This document shows, one piece after another, positions 1-9,987 of a stretch of DNA of 51,043 bases. Source of the stretch: Chloroflexota bacterium (GTDB lineage: Bacteria; Chloroflexota; UBA6077; CF-72); NCBI GenBank assembly GCA_051006215.1, contig JBPCIO010000364.1, forward strand, positions 1 through 51,043, given 5' to 3'. Both the position numbers and the translations under genes were made by a program. The notes under the pieces were generated by a model. That model had not been told where the DNA came from, did no database searches, and saw nothing but the letters and a program-made list of their open reading frames with translations. How positions within the stretch are numbered: position 1 is the first letter of the stretch; each line of letters begins with the position of its first letter.

Positions 1-873
1 CCGCCACTCGGCCCCGTACCACCTCGAGCCCACGACATGGCCCGCGAGTTCAGGCTCCTCGAGCGGCTGCATCCCAGCTTTCCTCTCGCACCCGAGCCCT
101 ACGTGTTGTGCCAGGACGCCTCGGTCATTGGCGCGCCCTTCTATGTCATGGAACTCCGCCGCGGCCTGGTCCTGGACCAGGATCTTCCCGCACAGTGGAA
201 AGCTGATCCGGGGCTGCATCGTGCCATAGCTGAGTCGCTGGTGCAGGTGCTGGTCGAGCTGCATGCAGTCGACTGGCAGGCAGCGGGTCTTGACCAGATC
301 GGCAGGCCGGCTGGGTATCTGCGGCGCCAGGTAAGCGGCTGGATCGACCGCTATCTCGGGGCGCGAACAGACGACCTGCCTGAATTCGACGCACTTGCTG
401 CGTGGCTAGTGGAGCGATTACCGGAATCTCCGCCGGCAACGGTGGTGCACAACGATTACAAGCTCAACAACGTCCTGCTCGACCCGGAGCAGCCGGCTCG
501 CGTGACCGCGGTGCTCGACTGGGAGATGGCCACCGTCGGCGATCCGCTGTCTGACGTAGGGTCACTACTGGTGTACTGGACCGCACCGGACGAAATGGAG
601 CGCATGGGCGGCCTGAAGTCGGTGACCTCTGAGCCAGGCTTTCCGGGCCGCGACGAGATCAAGACGCTTTACGCGCGGCTCAGCGGACGAGACGTGTCGG
701 GGTTGGACTACTACGTCGCGTTCGCCTACTTCAAAATCGGGGTGATCCTGCAGCAAATTTACTACCGCTTTCACGTGGGGCAGACGCGCGACGAACGCTT
801 TTCTGGGCACGAGCGTGTGGCCACAAACCTGATCCGTAAGGCAGCCGAAGTGGCTGGGCTCGCTAGCTCCTAG
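1..873 (+). CDS. APH/phosphotransferase-family protein (ACAD10/11 kinase-like), 5'-truncated by window edge
   Basis: The frame is open from base 1 (PPLGPVPPRAHDMARE). It has HNDYKLNN and LDWE motifs and lies next to acyl-CoA genes. Confidence 0.85.
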   Translation, partial: PPLGPVPPRAHDMAREFRLLERLHPSFPLAPEPYVLCQDASVIGAPFYVMELRRGLVLDQDLPAQWKADPGLHRAIAESLVQVLVELHAVDWQAAGLDQIGRPAGYLRRQVSGWIDRYLGARTDDLPEFDALAAWLVERLPESPPATVVHNDYKLNNVLLDPEQPARVTAVLDWEMATVGDPLSDVGSLLVYWTAPDEMERMGGLKSVTSEPGFPGRDEIKTLYARLSGRDVSGLDYYVAFAYFKIGVILQQIYYRFHVGQTRDERFSGHERVATNLIRKAAEVAGLASS

Positions 874-876
874 CTT

Positions 877-2484
877 TTAGTGCGCCGCTTCTTCGGCGGT
901 GAGCACGCGACGTAGGACCTTGCCGACGGCGCTCTTGGGCAGAGACTCGCGGAACTCGTACAGGCGCGGCACTTTGAAGGCGGCCAGCCGCTCGCGGCAG
1001 AAGGCATCCAGCGCTTCAGGGCTGACCTCTACATTGGGCCGCTTGACCACGTACGCCTTGACCGTCTCGCCACGATACCGATCGGGCACGCCGGCCACGC
1101 AGCACTCGAGCACGCCGGGATGCTCGTACAGCACCTCCTCGACATCGCGCGGATACACGTTGTAGCCCGAGGCAATGATCATGTCTTTCTTGCGATCGAC
1201 AATCGAAAAGTAGCCGCCCTCATCATGCGTGCCCAGATCGCCGGTATACAGCCACCCGTCGCGCAGGGCGATGGCCGTCTCCTCTGGGCGATTCCAGTAC
1301 CCCTTCATAACCTGCGGTCCACGAATACGGATTTCGCCGACTTGTCCGGGTGCAAGCACACGGGTGCCCGTCTCGACGTCGACAATCTCGCACTCCGTGT
1401 CCGGAGCAGGCATCCCGACAGTTCCCGGCCGCGGTTCGAGGACGAACGGTTGCCCGTGTGAAAATGGCGATGTTTCGCTGAGGCCGTAGCCCTCGCGGAT
1501 CTTGCCCCCGAATCGCTGCTCGAATGCTGCGATGACTTCGAGTGGCAGCGGGGCTGCGCCTGAATTGCAGTACTTGATACAGCTGACCCCGTAGTCTTCC
1601 GCGTTCGGAAAATTGGTGACGGCCACGTACATGGTCGGCACGCCCGGGAAGTACGTCGGCTGAGCGCTCTTGATCGTGAGCATGACTTCTTTCAGCTCAA
1701 ACCTCGGAAGCAGGATCAGCTCATAGCCGTTCGCCAGGCCGAAATTCATGCAGATGGTCATACCGTAGGAGTGGAACAGGGGAATGACCGTCAGGATGCG
1801 CTCCGTCCCTGGTGGGCCAATGCTCGGGTTCCAGGCCTGGACTTGCTGGACATTGGCCAACAGGTTGAAATGCGTCAGCATGGCGGCCTTCGAAACACCC
1901 GTCGTCCCACCCGTGTACTGCAGCGCGGCGACGTCTTCGCGGGGATCGATGCGTACCTCTGGCGGGGCACCGCTTGTGTTCGCCAGGAGTTCTTCGAAGC
2001 CCTGCGCGCCGGCGCCAAGCGGAACGTCACCCTTCAGGTGTGTGACCAGAACGTGCCTCAAGCTGACCGAGGTTGCTTGCAGAACCGCGTACAGCGCATC
2101 TGCGACGACAAGTACGTCGGCACCCGAATCTTTGAGGACGTACTCGAGCTCGCGCGACGTGTACAGGGGATTGACCTGGGCCACAACTCCACCCGCGCGC
2201 AGCGTGCCGTAGTAGGCGATCACGTATTGCGGGCAATTTGGGAGCATGAGCGCTACCCGATCACCCTTCTGAAGGCCGAGCTCGGCCAGAGCCGCGGCAA
2301 AACGCTGCGCCTCGGCCCACACGTGCGCGTAACTCAAGCGAATGTCCGCAAAACGCAACGCAGGCAGGTCCGGATGCTTGGCAGCCGCCTCTTCGAGCAG
2401 GCAGTACAAGGGATCTTCCCGATACTCGATCGACGCCGGGATGTCAGGTGGGTAGTGCTTCAGCCACGGACGCCGGTCGATCAC
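877..2484 (-). CDS. fadD: Long-chain fatty-acid--CoA ligase
   Basis: AMP-binding motifs YTGGTTGVSKA, GYGLSET, TGD and LPKSAVGK. Confidence 0.9.
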   Translation of the reverse strand: MIDRRPWLKHYPPDIPASIEYREDPLYCLLEEAAAKHPDLPALRFADIRLSYAHVWAEAQRFAAALAELGLQKGDRVALMLPNCPQYVIAYYGTLRAGGVVAQVNPLYTSRELEYVLKDSGADVLVVADALYAVLQATSVSLRHVLVTHLKGDVPLGAGAQGFEELLANTSGAPPEVRIDPREDVAALQYTGGTTGVSKAAMLTHFNLLANVQQVQAWNPSIGPPGTERILTVIPLFHSYGMTICMNFGLANGYELILLPRFELKEVMLTIKSAQPTYFPGVPTMYVAVTNFPNAEDYGVSCIKYCNSGAAPLPLEVIAAFEQRFGGKIREGYGLSETSPFSHGQPFVLEPRPGTVGMPAPDTECEIVDVETGTRVLAPGQVGEIRIRGPQVMKGYWNRPEETAIALRDGWLYTGDLGTHDEGGYFSIVDRKKDMIIASGYNVYPRDVEEVLYEHPGVLECCVAGVPDRYRGETVKAYVVKRPNVEVSPEALDAFCRERLAAFKVPRLYEFRESLPKSAVGKVLRRVLTAEEAAH

Positions 2485-2488
2485 GCGC

Positions 2489-3649
2489 TTACAGGGCCCG
2501 TCCGGTCAGCTCGCGAGCGATGACCAGCCGCTGGATTTCAGCCGTGCCTTCCCAAATTTGATAGATCTTGGCGTCGCGGTGCCACTTCTCGACTGGGAAG
2601 TCTCGGATGTAGCCGTAGCCCCCGAGGATCTGGATAGCGTCTTCGGTGACCCGCATCGCTACATCGCCCGCCTTGAGCTTGGCCATGCTGGCCGCTCGGG
2701 CGAATGGCAGCCCCTGATTCGCGGTCCAAGCGGCTTTCCAGATCAGCAGCCGAACAGCTTCGACCTCCGTGGCCATGTCCGCCAGCTTGAAGGCGATGGC
2801 TTGGTGACCGGCGATGACTTTGCCGAACGTCTTGCGCTGGAGCGCATATTCAAGAGCGTATTCCGACGCTGCGCGAGCGATGCCAAGCGCGCCAGCAGCT
2901 ACGCCGGGGCGGGTCGATTCAAGCGTTTTCAGCACCCCGAGGCCACCCCGCCCGCGCTCGCCTCCGAGCAAGTTCTCGGCCGGGACGAAGCAGTCCTCGA
3001 GGATAACCTCGCCGGTGTGAGAGGCACGCACGCCCATCTTGCGTTCCTTCTTGCCAGCCTTGAGGCCGGGATTGCCTCTATCGACGACGAACGCCTGGAT
3101 GCCACCCCAGCCGGCCAGGGGATCGGTGGTAGCAAAGATCACGTGGACGTCGGCTATGCCGCCATTGGTAATGAACCGCTTGGAGCCGTTGAGCAGATAG
3201 CCGCCCTCAACGCGTTTTGCGCTGGTACGCATAGCCGAAACGTCCGAACCAGCTTCGGCCTCGGTCAGCGCCATGGCGCCCAGCACGACTTCCTTCGGAT
3301 CGCAGAACATGGGCACATACTTCGCCTTCTGTTCAGGTGTTCCGCACTGCTGGATGGCTGTGGCGCACAGCCCGGTCGCGTTGATGGCTACGGCGATACC
3401 CGCGCAGCCCCACGACAACTCCTCGGTGACGATCATCTGCGTCAACATGTCGGTCACGCCGCCGCCGCCGTATTCCTCGGCAAATAAGTAGCTGTCCAGG
3501 CCCAGCTCGTGGGCCTGCTTCATGATCGGCCAGGGCGTCTCTTCCTTCTCGTCATACTCGGGTGCCGCGGGCCGAATCACGTCGCGCGCGAACTCATGTA
3601 CGGATTCGCGCAGGTCCTTCTGCTCCTGGGTCAGATCGAACCCGATCAT
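2489..3649 (-). CDS. Acyl-CoA dehydrogenase
   Basis: ALTEAEAGSD, KRFITNG, QILGGYGY and IWEGTAEIQR motifs. Confidence 0.93.
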   Translation of the reverse strand: MIGFDLTQEQKDLRESVHEFARDVIRPAAPEYDEKEETPWPIMKQAHELGLDSYLFAEEYGGGGVTDMLTQMIVTEELSWGCAGIAVAINATGLCATAIQQCGTPEQKAKYVPMFCDPKEVVLGAMALTEAEAGSDVSAMRTSAKRVEGGYLLNGSKRFITNGGIADVHVIFATTDPLAGWGGIQAFVVDRGNPGLKAGKKERKMGVRASHTGEVILEDCFVPAENLLGGERGRGGLGVLKTLESTRPGVAAGALGIARAASEYALEYALQRKTFGKVIAGHQAIAFKLADMATEVEAVRLLIWKAAWTANQGLPFARAASMAKLKAGDVAMRVTEDAIQILGGYGYIRDFPVEKWHRDAKIYQIWEGTAEIQRLVIARELTGRAL

Positions 3650-4422
3650 ATGGCAGTCGCTCCTCCATCCACGGCGATGACCTGGCCGGTGATAAATGAT
3701 GAGGCAGGCGAGGCGAACAGGACCGCAATACCTTTGAGATCCTGGTCGTTGCCAATCCGACGCAGTGGGGTGCGGGCGACGATGCGCTCACCAGAGCGCT
3801 CCAACGTGGCGGCGGTCATCCGGGTCGGGAAAAAACCGGGGCAGATGCAGTTGACGGTGATGTTGTGCTCCGCGAGGGTGGCTGCCAGAGCACGCGTGAA
3901 ATTCACCACTGCGCCTTTGCTGGTGTTGTACGGCAGGGTTGGCATCACCGACGGATCGCTCCCGCGCAGCCCCGCAACCGACGCAATGTTGATGATGCGG
4001 CCACCCTGGGCGCGTTTTATCATGTGCAACCCGACTGCGCGGCTGACGAAGTATGTCCCGTCGACGTTCGTTCTGATGACCTTGTCCCAGGCTTCCAAGG
4101 GCATCTCGGCGAAAGGCGCGCCCCAGGTGGCGCCGGCGTTGTTGACCAGGACGTCTATATGGCCCCACTGGTCAAGCACGTGCTTGACGGCCGCTTCGAC
4201 GTCGGCGTTTTTGGAGATGTCGCAGCGCGTCGAGATAACCCGGATACCCTGCGCCTCGAGCTGCTCGCGTGCCTGTGACAGGCCGTCTTCTCTGCGTGCG
4301 GTGATGGCTACGGCCGCGCCTGCTTCGCCCAGCGCCTCCGCGATCTGCAGGCCCAACCCACGGCTACCGCCAGTCACCAGGGCAACCTGCCCGTCCAACC
4401 GAAACGTATCCAGAACACCCAT
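3646..4422 (-). CDS. Short-chain dehydrogenase/reductase (gluconate 5-dehydrogenase-like)
   Basis: TGGSRGLG, NNAG and YNTSK motifs. Its stop overlaps the next start (ATGA). Confidence 0.9.
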   Translation of the reverse strand: MGVLDTFRLDGQVALVTGGSRGLGLQIAEALGEAGAAVAITARREDGLSQAREQLEAQGIRVISTRCDISKNADVEAAVKHVLDQWGHIDVLVNNAGATWGAPFAEMPLEAWDKVIRTNVDGTYFVSRAVGLHMIKRAQGGRIINIASVAGLRGSDPSVMPTLPYNTSKGAVVNFTRALAATLAEHNITVNCICPGFFPTRMTAATLERSGERIVARTPLRRIGNDQDLKGIAVLFASPASSFITGQVIAVDGGATAI

Positions 4423-4434
4423 CGGACATTCAGT

Positions 4435-5139
4435 CTAGGGGGCCGCGTTTGCCTCTGCGACATGGCTGTGAATGCCCTTCGGCAAGCACGCGCGCTGGGT
4501 ATCGAGCTGGTGTTCGAGCGTGCGGGCAATGCGGAGTTTGAAGTCTTGCACATCGACTGGGTGGCCCAGCATGGCCGCGGCCGATGTGACTCCCAGTTGG
4601 CCGATGCCGCACGCGTTGATCAAGCCAAAATGCGACAGGTCCGGCTGCAGGTTGACCGCGAATCCGTGCAGCGTGACACCATGTCGCTGTGCGACGCCGA
4701 CGGCAGCGATCTTGCCAGCGCTGGCCGTCCACACGCCAACGTGGTGTTGGTCAAGTCGGGCCGCTACACCCACTTCGGACAGCGCCTCCACGATAGCCAT
4801 CTCGATTGCTCGTACGTAGCACGGAACTGTCAACTGGCGGGGCCGAAGCTTCACGATGGGATAGCCGACGAGCTGCCCCGGGCCGTGATAGGTGACCAGG
4901 CCGCCACGGGAGGCGTGATGCACGTGAATGCCCAACGCGCTCAGTCTGGCCTGCGAAACCTGGATGTCTGCCACGGAGGCCCGGCGGCCAAGAGTGATGA
5001 CCGGCGGATGCTCCAGCAGCAATAGCGTGTCGGGGATCTCGTCTGTCAGCCGTTGCTCGACGAGTTGGTCCTGCAGGCGCACTGCCTCGACGTACCCAAC
5101 CCGGCCAAGCTCGCAGACTCGCAATCCCGGATCAGTCAA
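4435..5139 (-). CDS. lipB: Lipoyl(octanoyl) transferase; start uncertain (TTG 5139, frame also open to CTG 5217)
   Basis: LLEHPPVITLG, RGGLVTYHGPGQLVGYP, KIAAVG, HGFAVN and ACG motifs. Confidence 0.92.
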   Translation of the reverse strand: MTDPGLRVCELGRVGYVEAVRLQDQLVEQRLTDEIPDTLLLLEHPPVITLGRRASVADIQVSQARLSALGIHVHHASRGGLVTYHGPGQLVGYPIVKLRPRQLTVPCYVRAIEMAIVEALSEVGVAARLDQHHVGVWTASAGKIAAVGVAQRHGVTLHGFAVNLQPDLSHFGLINACGIGQLGVTSAAAMLGHPVDVQDFKLRIARTLEHQLDTQRACLPKGIHSHVAEANAAP

Positions 5140-5189
5140 GGCTTCCTGCGGAGCCGCGTAGCGGTGGTGGAATCCGGTGCGTCCGGCAT
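5136..5189 (-). CDS. Putative 17-aa mini-ORF MPDAPDSTTATRLRRKP coupled to lipB
   Basis: A GAGGG SD-like sequence precedes the ATG. The TGA overlaps the lipB TTG start (TTGA). Confidence 0.35.
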   Translation of the reverse strand: MPDAPDSTTATRLRRKP

Positions 5190-5213
5190 GCTGCCCTCGC
5201 GCGGCTGGTCGCG

Positions 5214-6755
5214 TCAGCGGGCGCTGGCCGGCTCGGGCTGCTGCTGGCTGGCGGTGGCGGCCCGACGGCGCGGGGGGCCGACGTGGACCGGCAGGCCGAG
5301 CGCGACCATGGCCGCCTCCATCGAGCCCTCGCCCAGGGTGGGGTGGGCATGGATGGTATTGGCGACGTCCTCCAACGTCGCCTCGAGTTGCAGCGCCAGC
5401 ACCGCCTCGGGGATCAGGTCGCTCGCGCTCGGCCCAATGATGTGCACGCCGAGGATCTCGCCATATTTTTTATCGGCCACGACCTTGACCAATCCGTCGG
5501 TGTTGCCGTACGTCTGGGCGCGCCCAAGCGCGGCAAATGGGAACTTTCCCACGACGACTTCATGGCCAGCTTCGCGCGCCTTGGCCTCGGTCAAGCCAAC
5601 ACTGGCCACCTCGGGATGGGTGAACGTCGCGTTGGGAACAGCCTTGTAGTCCATCCGCTCGTCGTGGCCGGCGATGATGCCCGCGACGACGAGTCCCTGG
5701 TGGGTGGCCACGTGCGCGAGCTGGATTTTGCCAACCACGTCGCCAATGGCAAACACATTCTGGACGCTGGTCCGCAACTGATCGTCGACGGTGATGTAGC
5801 CGCGTTTATCGGTCTCGACACCTGTTTTTTCGAGGTTAAGGTCAATGGTGTTGGGCCGCCTCGAGACACCAATAAGAACCGCGTCGGCCTCGACGGCCTG
5901 TTCGTTCTTACCGTCCTTGTCAGTGATCGTCACCTTCAACACTGCCGGCGGCTTCTTCCCGCTGCCTTGCTCGATCTTGGCGACCGTGGAGGAGGTCAGC
6001 ACCTTGATGCCGCGCTTCTGAAACGAGCGGCCGAGGGCGCGGCCCATGTCTTCGTCCTCGAGGGGCAGGAGGCTCGGAAGTAGCTCGACCAGGGTTACCT
6101 CGGCGCCAAATGCCGAAAACATGGTCGCCCACTCGGTGCCAACCGCCCCGCCGCCAACGATCACGATTCGCTTGGGTACTTCCTTGAGCAGGTACGCGCC
6201 ATCGGAGTTGATGACGCCAGGCAGTTCCGAGCCCGGAATCGGCAGCTGGGCGGGTGTCGATCCGGTGGCGACGATAATCTGTTTACCCGCCACGCGCGCA
6301 GTTGGCTGACCGGCTTCGTCGACGGGCGCGTTGTACAAAGGCCCAGCGCTGCCCAGCGGTGACTTACCAACCCCGACGACCTCCAGCAGGGTCGGAGCGG
6401 TGAAGCGGGCGTGGCCGGCGTACACGGTCACGCCATTGGCCTTGAGCAGCTGGCCGACGCCGTCGGTCAGCGCTTTGACGATAGCGTCCTTCCGTTTCAG
6501 GACGGAGGGGTAATCCAGGCGGACGTTGTCGGCCGCGACGCCGAAATCTGCGCTGTGCTGAATGATCTCGAGCACTTCCGCACTGCGCAGCATGGCCTTG
6601 GTCGGGATGCAGCCCCAGTTGAGGCACACGCCACCGGGCCGCTCCTTTTCGATGAGCGCCACACGCAGTCCGTATTGCGCGGCGCGGATCGCGGCAGGGT
6701 AGCCACCCGGCCCACCGCCGACGATGACAAGGTCGAATGCGCTCTGGTCCGCCAT
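5214..6755 (-). CDS. lpdA: Dihydrolipoyl dehydrogenase (E3)
   Basis: GGGPGGY, redox motif GGVCLNWGCIPTK, GGGAVG and HAHPTLGE. Confidence 0.95.
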   Translation of the reverse strand: MADQSAFDLVIVGGGPGGYPAAIRAAQYGLRVALIEKERPGGVCLNWGCIPTKAMLRSAEVLEIIQHSADFGVAADNVRLDYPSVLKRKDAIVKALTDGVGQLLKANGVTVYAGHARFTAPTLLEVVGVGKSPLGSAGPLYNAPVDEAGQPTARVAGKQIIVATGSTPAQLPIPGSELPGVINSDGAYLLKEVPKRIVIVGGGAVGTEWATMFSAFGAEVTLVELLPSLLPLEDEDMGRALGRSFQKRGIKVLTSSTVAKIEQGSGKKPPAVLKVTITDKDGKNEQAVEADAVLIGVSRRPNTIDLNLEKTGVETDKRGYITVDDQLRTSVQNVFAIGDVVGKIQLAHVATHQGLVVAGIIAGHDERMDYKAVPNATFTHPEVASVGLTEAKAREAGHEVVVGKFPFAALGRAQTYGNTDGLVKVVADKKYGEILGVHIIGPSASDLIPEAVLALQLEATLEDVANTIHAHPTLGEGSMEAAMVALGLPVHVGPPRRRAATASQQQPEPASAR

Positions 6756-6762
6756 CGAAATC

Positions 6763-6768
6763 AGTCTA
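6763..6768 (-). promoter_or_regulatory. -10 element TAGACT, 7 nt before the lpdA ATG (leaderless)
   Basis: TANNNT hexamer, no SD, and the same spacing as four other genes in the window. Confidence 0.6.
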
Positions 6769-6817
6769 GGCGATATTCAAGGCTGCGGCTTCACTTGGCT
6801 GACGCTGCGTCGGGAGC

Positions 6818-8743
6818 CTATGTCTGCCATGCGACTTTGCCCATGTCGGAAACGTCGTAGCCGCCCAGGGCAGCGACTTCGGCCCTGAACTCCGGGCCAC
6901 GAATGATGTCCAGCAGCGGCGCCATCAACGGCGCCTCATACTGCTGTCGCGGAATAACGAGTTGATACTGCTCGTTGAAGAGCGGGACGAACTCGAGCTC
7001 GAGCGCCCGGGCTGCGGCCAGGATCCCCAGTCCAACATCGGCTGCACCACTGGCTACGTCAGCCGCGACGGCCAGGTGCGTATATTCCTCGCGCTCGTAA
7101 CCCGGGATGCACCTGGAGTCCACCCCGAGCCGGCCCAGCTGGTAGTCAAGCAAGACTCGCGTACCCGAGCCACGCTGGCGGTTGACGAACTGCACATCTG
7201 GACGAGCCAGGTCCGACAATGTGGCAAGCCGTTTGGGATTGCCCCGCGGCACGATCAGGCCCTGCACCCGCCCGGCAAGGTGGACCAGCACAATGCTGTG
7301 GCCCGTCAAGTAGTGCTTGATCGAGCTGACGTTGTACTCGCCGGTGTGCTCGTCCAGCAGATGCGAGCCGGCCAGGTGGGCCTCACCCCGCGCGAGGGCC
7401 AACAATCCACCCAGGCTGCCGACGTTGGCCGACGCCAGGGATGCGCCCGGCGTGCGCCGTGCCAGGGCATTCGAAACAAGGTCCAGCGCCAGGTCGTGGC
7501 TGCCGATTGCGACCACTGTCTGGCGGATCTCGTCCATGCTCCTGAGCAGGTCCACCTCGACCTCGGCGCCAGCATGCACCCCCTCGGAAAAGCGCGGAAT
7601 GCGCGCCAGCCCGTCGGCGCGCACCATTGACATGATCACCCCCGCCCCGCGCGATAGCGGGGCGGCCATGAGGCGATCGCCGACCTGGCCAAGTTTGACC
7701 CTGACGAACTCGTCCTCGCCCATCGGCGACAGCAATTTGCGGGTCATGGTGGCGCGAGCGGTCGGCCTGGGCGGGCACGGGAGACCCTGCAGCCGGTACA
7801 GCAAAGGTTTCAAGAACAATTCGCTGGTCAGGATTGCTGAGACCGGGTAGCCCGGAATACCGAGCAGGGCTTTATCGTGGGACAACCCCAAAATCAATGG
7901 GTGGCCGGGGCGGATCGCCACGCCGTGCACCAGCAGCTGACCCAGCTCGCGGACGATGCCGGCGGTGTAGTCTTCCGAGCCGGCGGAGGAGCCGGCATTC
8001 ACCAGCACGATGTCGTGCTCGTCCAGCGCACTTGCGACACGGTCGCGGATGAGCGATCGGTCATCTGGCGTGATAGGCAGCCGAGTTGGCTCACCGCCCC
8101 ACCCGCGCACCTGGCCGGCCAGCACGACCGAATTGAAGTCGACGATGGCGCCCGGCGGCATCGGAGCGCCAGGCTCGACAAGCTCGGAGCCGGTCGGCAG
8201 GATGGCGACTCGCGGTCGCCGCCGCACGCTCACGCACGCGTGACCAGCCGCTACGAGAGCGCCGAGATGGACCGCGCCCAGAGTGTGGTTCTCAGGTAGG
8301 ACGAGCTCGGTCGCGACGAGGTCCTCACCCATCGGGCGAACGTGCTGCCAAGGCGCGACCGACGCCAGGATTTCGAGGTGGCCATCTCCGAGGTCCTGGA
8401 CCTGCTCGGCCATGATGACGGCGTTGGTCCCGGGCGGCAGCGCATCCCCGGTATCGACCCACGTTGCCTGGATCCCGGTGCGCAGCTGCAGCGGAGACGT
8501 CTCGCTGGCGCCGAGCGTGTGCTCCGCACGCACGGCGATGCCGTCCATGGCGGCGGCGTGGTAGTGCGGCACGCTGGTGCGTGCGAACACCGCCTCGGCC
8601 GTCACGCGCCCGAGCGCGGCTTCGATGGCGACGCTCTCACCAGGCAGCGGTCTCAGCGCGCCGACAGCCTGGAGCGCCGACCAGAATCGATCGAGCGCCT
8701 CCTCAAGCGGAATGTCCTGGAGATAGATGTCTCGGACTGGCAT
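6818..8743 (-). CDS. MoeA fused to a C-terminal PBP/LysR-substrate-binding-like domain
   Basis: AAMDGIAV, PTGSEL, RPGHP and GIPGYP motifs, then GSHD, VGSLGGL and FVNRQRGSGTR. Confidence 0.9.
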   Translation of the reverse strand: MPVRDIYLQDIPLEEALDRFWSALQAVGALRPLPGESVAIEAALGRVTAEAVFARTSVPHYHAAAMDGIAVRAEHTLGASETSPLQLRTGIQATWVDTGDALPPGTNAVIMAEQVQDLGDGHLEILASVAPWQHVRPMGEDLVATELVLPENHTLGAVHLGALVAAGHACVSVRRRPRVAILPTGSELVEPGAPMPPGAIVDFNSVVLAGQVRGWGGEPTRLPITPDDRSLIRDRVASALDEHDIVLVNAGSSAGSEDYTAGIVRELGQLLVHGVAIRPGHPLILGLSHDKALLGIPGYPVSAILTSELFLKPLLYRLQGLPCPPRPTARATMTRKLLSPMGEDEFVRVKLGQVGDRLMAAPLSRGAGVIMSMVRADGLARIPRFSEGVHAGAEVEVDLLRSMDEIRQTVVAIGSHDLALDLVSNALARRTPGASLASANVGSLGGLLALARGEAHLAGSHLLDEHTGEYNVSSIKHYLTGHSIVLVHLAGRVQGLIVPRGNPKRLATLSDLARPDVQFVNRQRGSGTRVLLDYQLGRLGVDSRCIPGYEREEYTHLAVAADVASGAADVGLGILAAARALELEFVPLFNEQYQLVIPRQQYEAPLMAPLLDIIRGPEFRAEVAALGGYDVSDMGKVAWQT

Positions 8744-9987
8744 CAGAACAACACCACCTCGACCTGAGCGCCGGCGCTCAGGCCGCCTTCGTCGAGTGGG
8801 ATCTTGAGCATGCCTGCCGAGCGGACCAGGGTGAATATCAGGTTGGACTTGCCGAACACCGGCACAGCGTCAAAGCCGCCGTCCTCGCGGCGCTCGAGGC
8901 GGACCTGGACGTAGTCTTCGCGGCCGGCGGCCGAGGCGATATTGCGCGTGAGCCGAGCGCCGACGGTGCGGCGTGGAGGCACAGCCGCCCCGCTCAGGTG
9001 GGCCAGCGCAGGCGCAACGAACAGCTCGTATGTGACCATGCACGAGACGGGATTGCCCGGTAGCCCGAACACGGCTTGGCCCGAACACACCGCCAGAATC
9101 GTTGGTTTGCCGGGCTTGAGTGAAACGCCATGCACGAGCACGCCTGGACGGCCAAGGCCGTCGATGACCTCAGCGGTCATGTCGCGCGCGCTCACCGAGC
9201 TGCCGGCCGAAAGGATCACCACGTCACTTTGCGCAAGCGCCTTCCGAGACGCAGTTTCCAGAGCTGATAGCTCGTCTGGAAAGACACCCGCCAGACAAGG
9301 CTCGTGGCCGCTGCGTTGAACGAGCGCGGCCAACGTGTACGAGTTGATGTCACGGATTTGACCTGCACCGGGCTCCTGTTCTGGATTCACCAGCTCGTCT
9401 CCGCCCGAAACAATGGCCACTTTCAGCCGCCGCGCGACACGCACCACGGTAATTCCGAGCGCTAGCAGTCCGCCCAGATCCTGGGGTCGCAGAATGGCGC
9501 CGCGGCAGACGATCGGATCGCCGCTCCGCACGTCCTCGCCAACCTGGACGACGTTCTCGCCCGGCGCCACCGGGCGTAGCGCCTCGATGGTCGTCCGACC
9601 AACAGCTTGGGTTTGCTCGACCATCAGGACCGCGTCGGCGCCCTCTGGCAGCATGCCGCCCGTAGCTATGCAGGCGCACCCGCCGGGCCCGAGGGCTACC
9701 TTCGACGACTGCCCCATGAAGACTTCGTCGACCAGATCCAGATAGGCCGGCATGCCCTCGGTTGCGCCGAAGGTGTCGGTGGCGCGGACGGCGAACCCGT
9801 CCATGGTTGAGCGACGGAACGTTGGCAGATCGCCAGGCGAGCAGACGTCTTCCGCCAGGACGCGGTCGAGCGCGTCACGCGTGGGGATATCCTCGGCGGC
9901 AACCCGCACGGGAAGCTGGCCCAGCAAGATCTCGAGCGCATCCGACGGCGCGCGGACGTTGAACAACTCATGCGACGTCCGGCTCAT
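8743..9987 (-). CDS. moeA: Molybdopterin molybdenumtransferase (gephyrin E-like)
   Basis: STMDGFAV, IATGGMLPEGADAV, KPGKP and GLPGNP motifs. Confidence 0.93.
   Translation of the reverse strand: MSRTSHELFNVRAPSDALEILLGQLPVRVAAEDIPTRDALDRVLAEDVCSPGDLPTFRRSTMDGFAVRATDTFGATEGMPAYLDLVDEVFMGQSSKVALGPGGCACIATGGMLPEGADAVLMVEQTQAVGRTTIEALRPVAPGENVVQVGEDVRSGDPIVCRGAILRPQDLGGLLALGITVVRVARRLKVAIVSGGDELVNPEQEPGAGQIRDINSYTLAALVQRSGHEPCLAGVFPDELSALETASRKALAQSDVVILSAGSSVSARDMTAEVIDGLGRPGVLVHGVSLKPGKPTILAVCSGQAVFGLPGNPVSCMVTYELFVAPALAHLSGAAVPPRRTVGARLTRNIASAAGREDYVQVRLERREDGGFDAVPVFGKSNLIFTLVRSAGMLKIPLDEGGLSAGAQVEVVLF

Noticed and set aside
6818-9987. Tandem moeA plus a MoeA-PBP fusion as a novelty
   Set aside because: This architecture is already known from archaea and several bacterial phyla.
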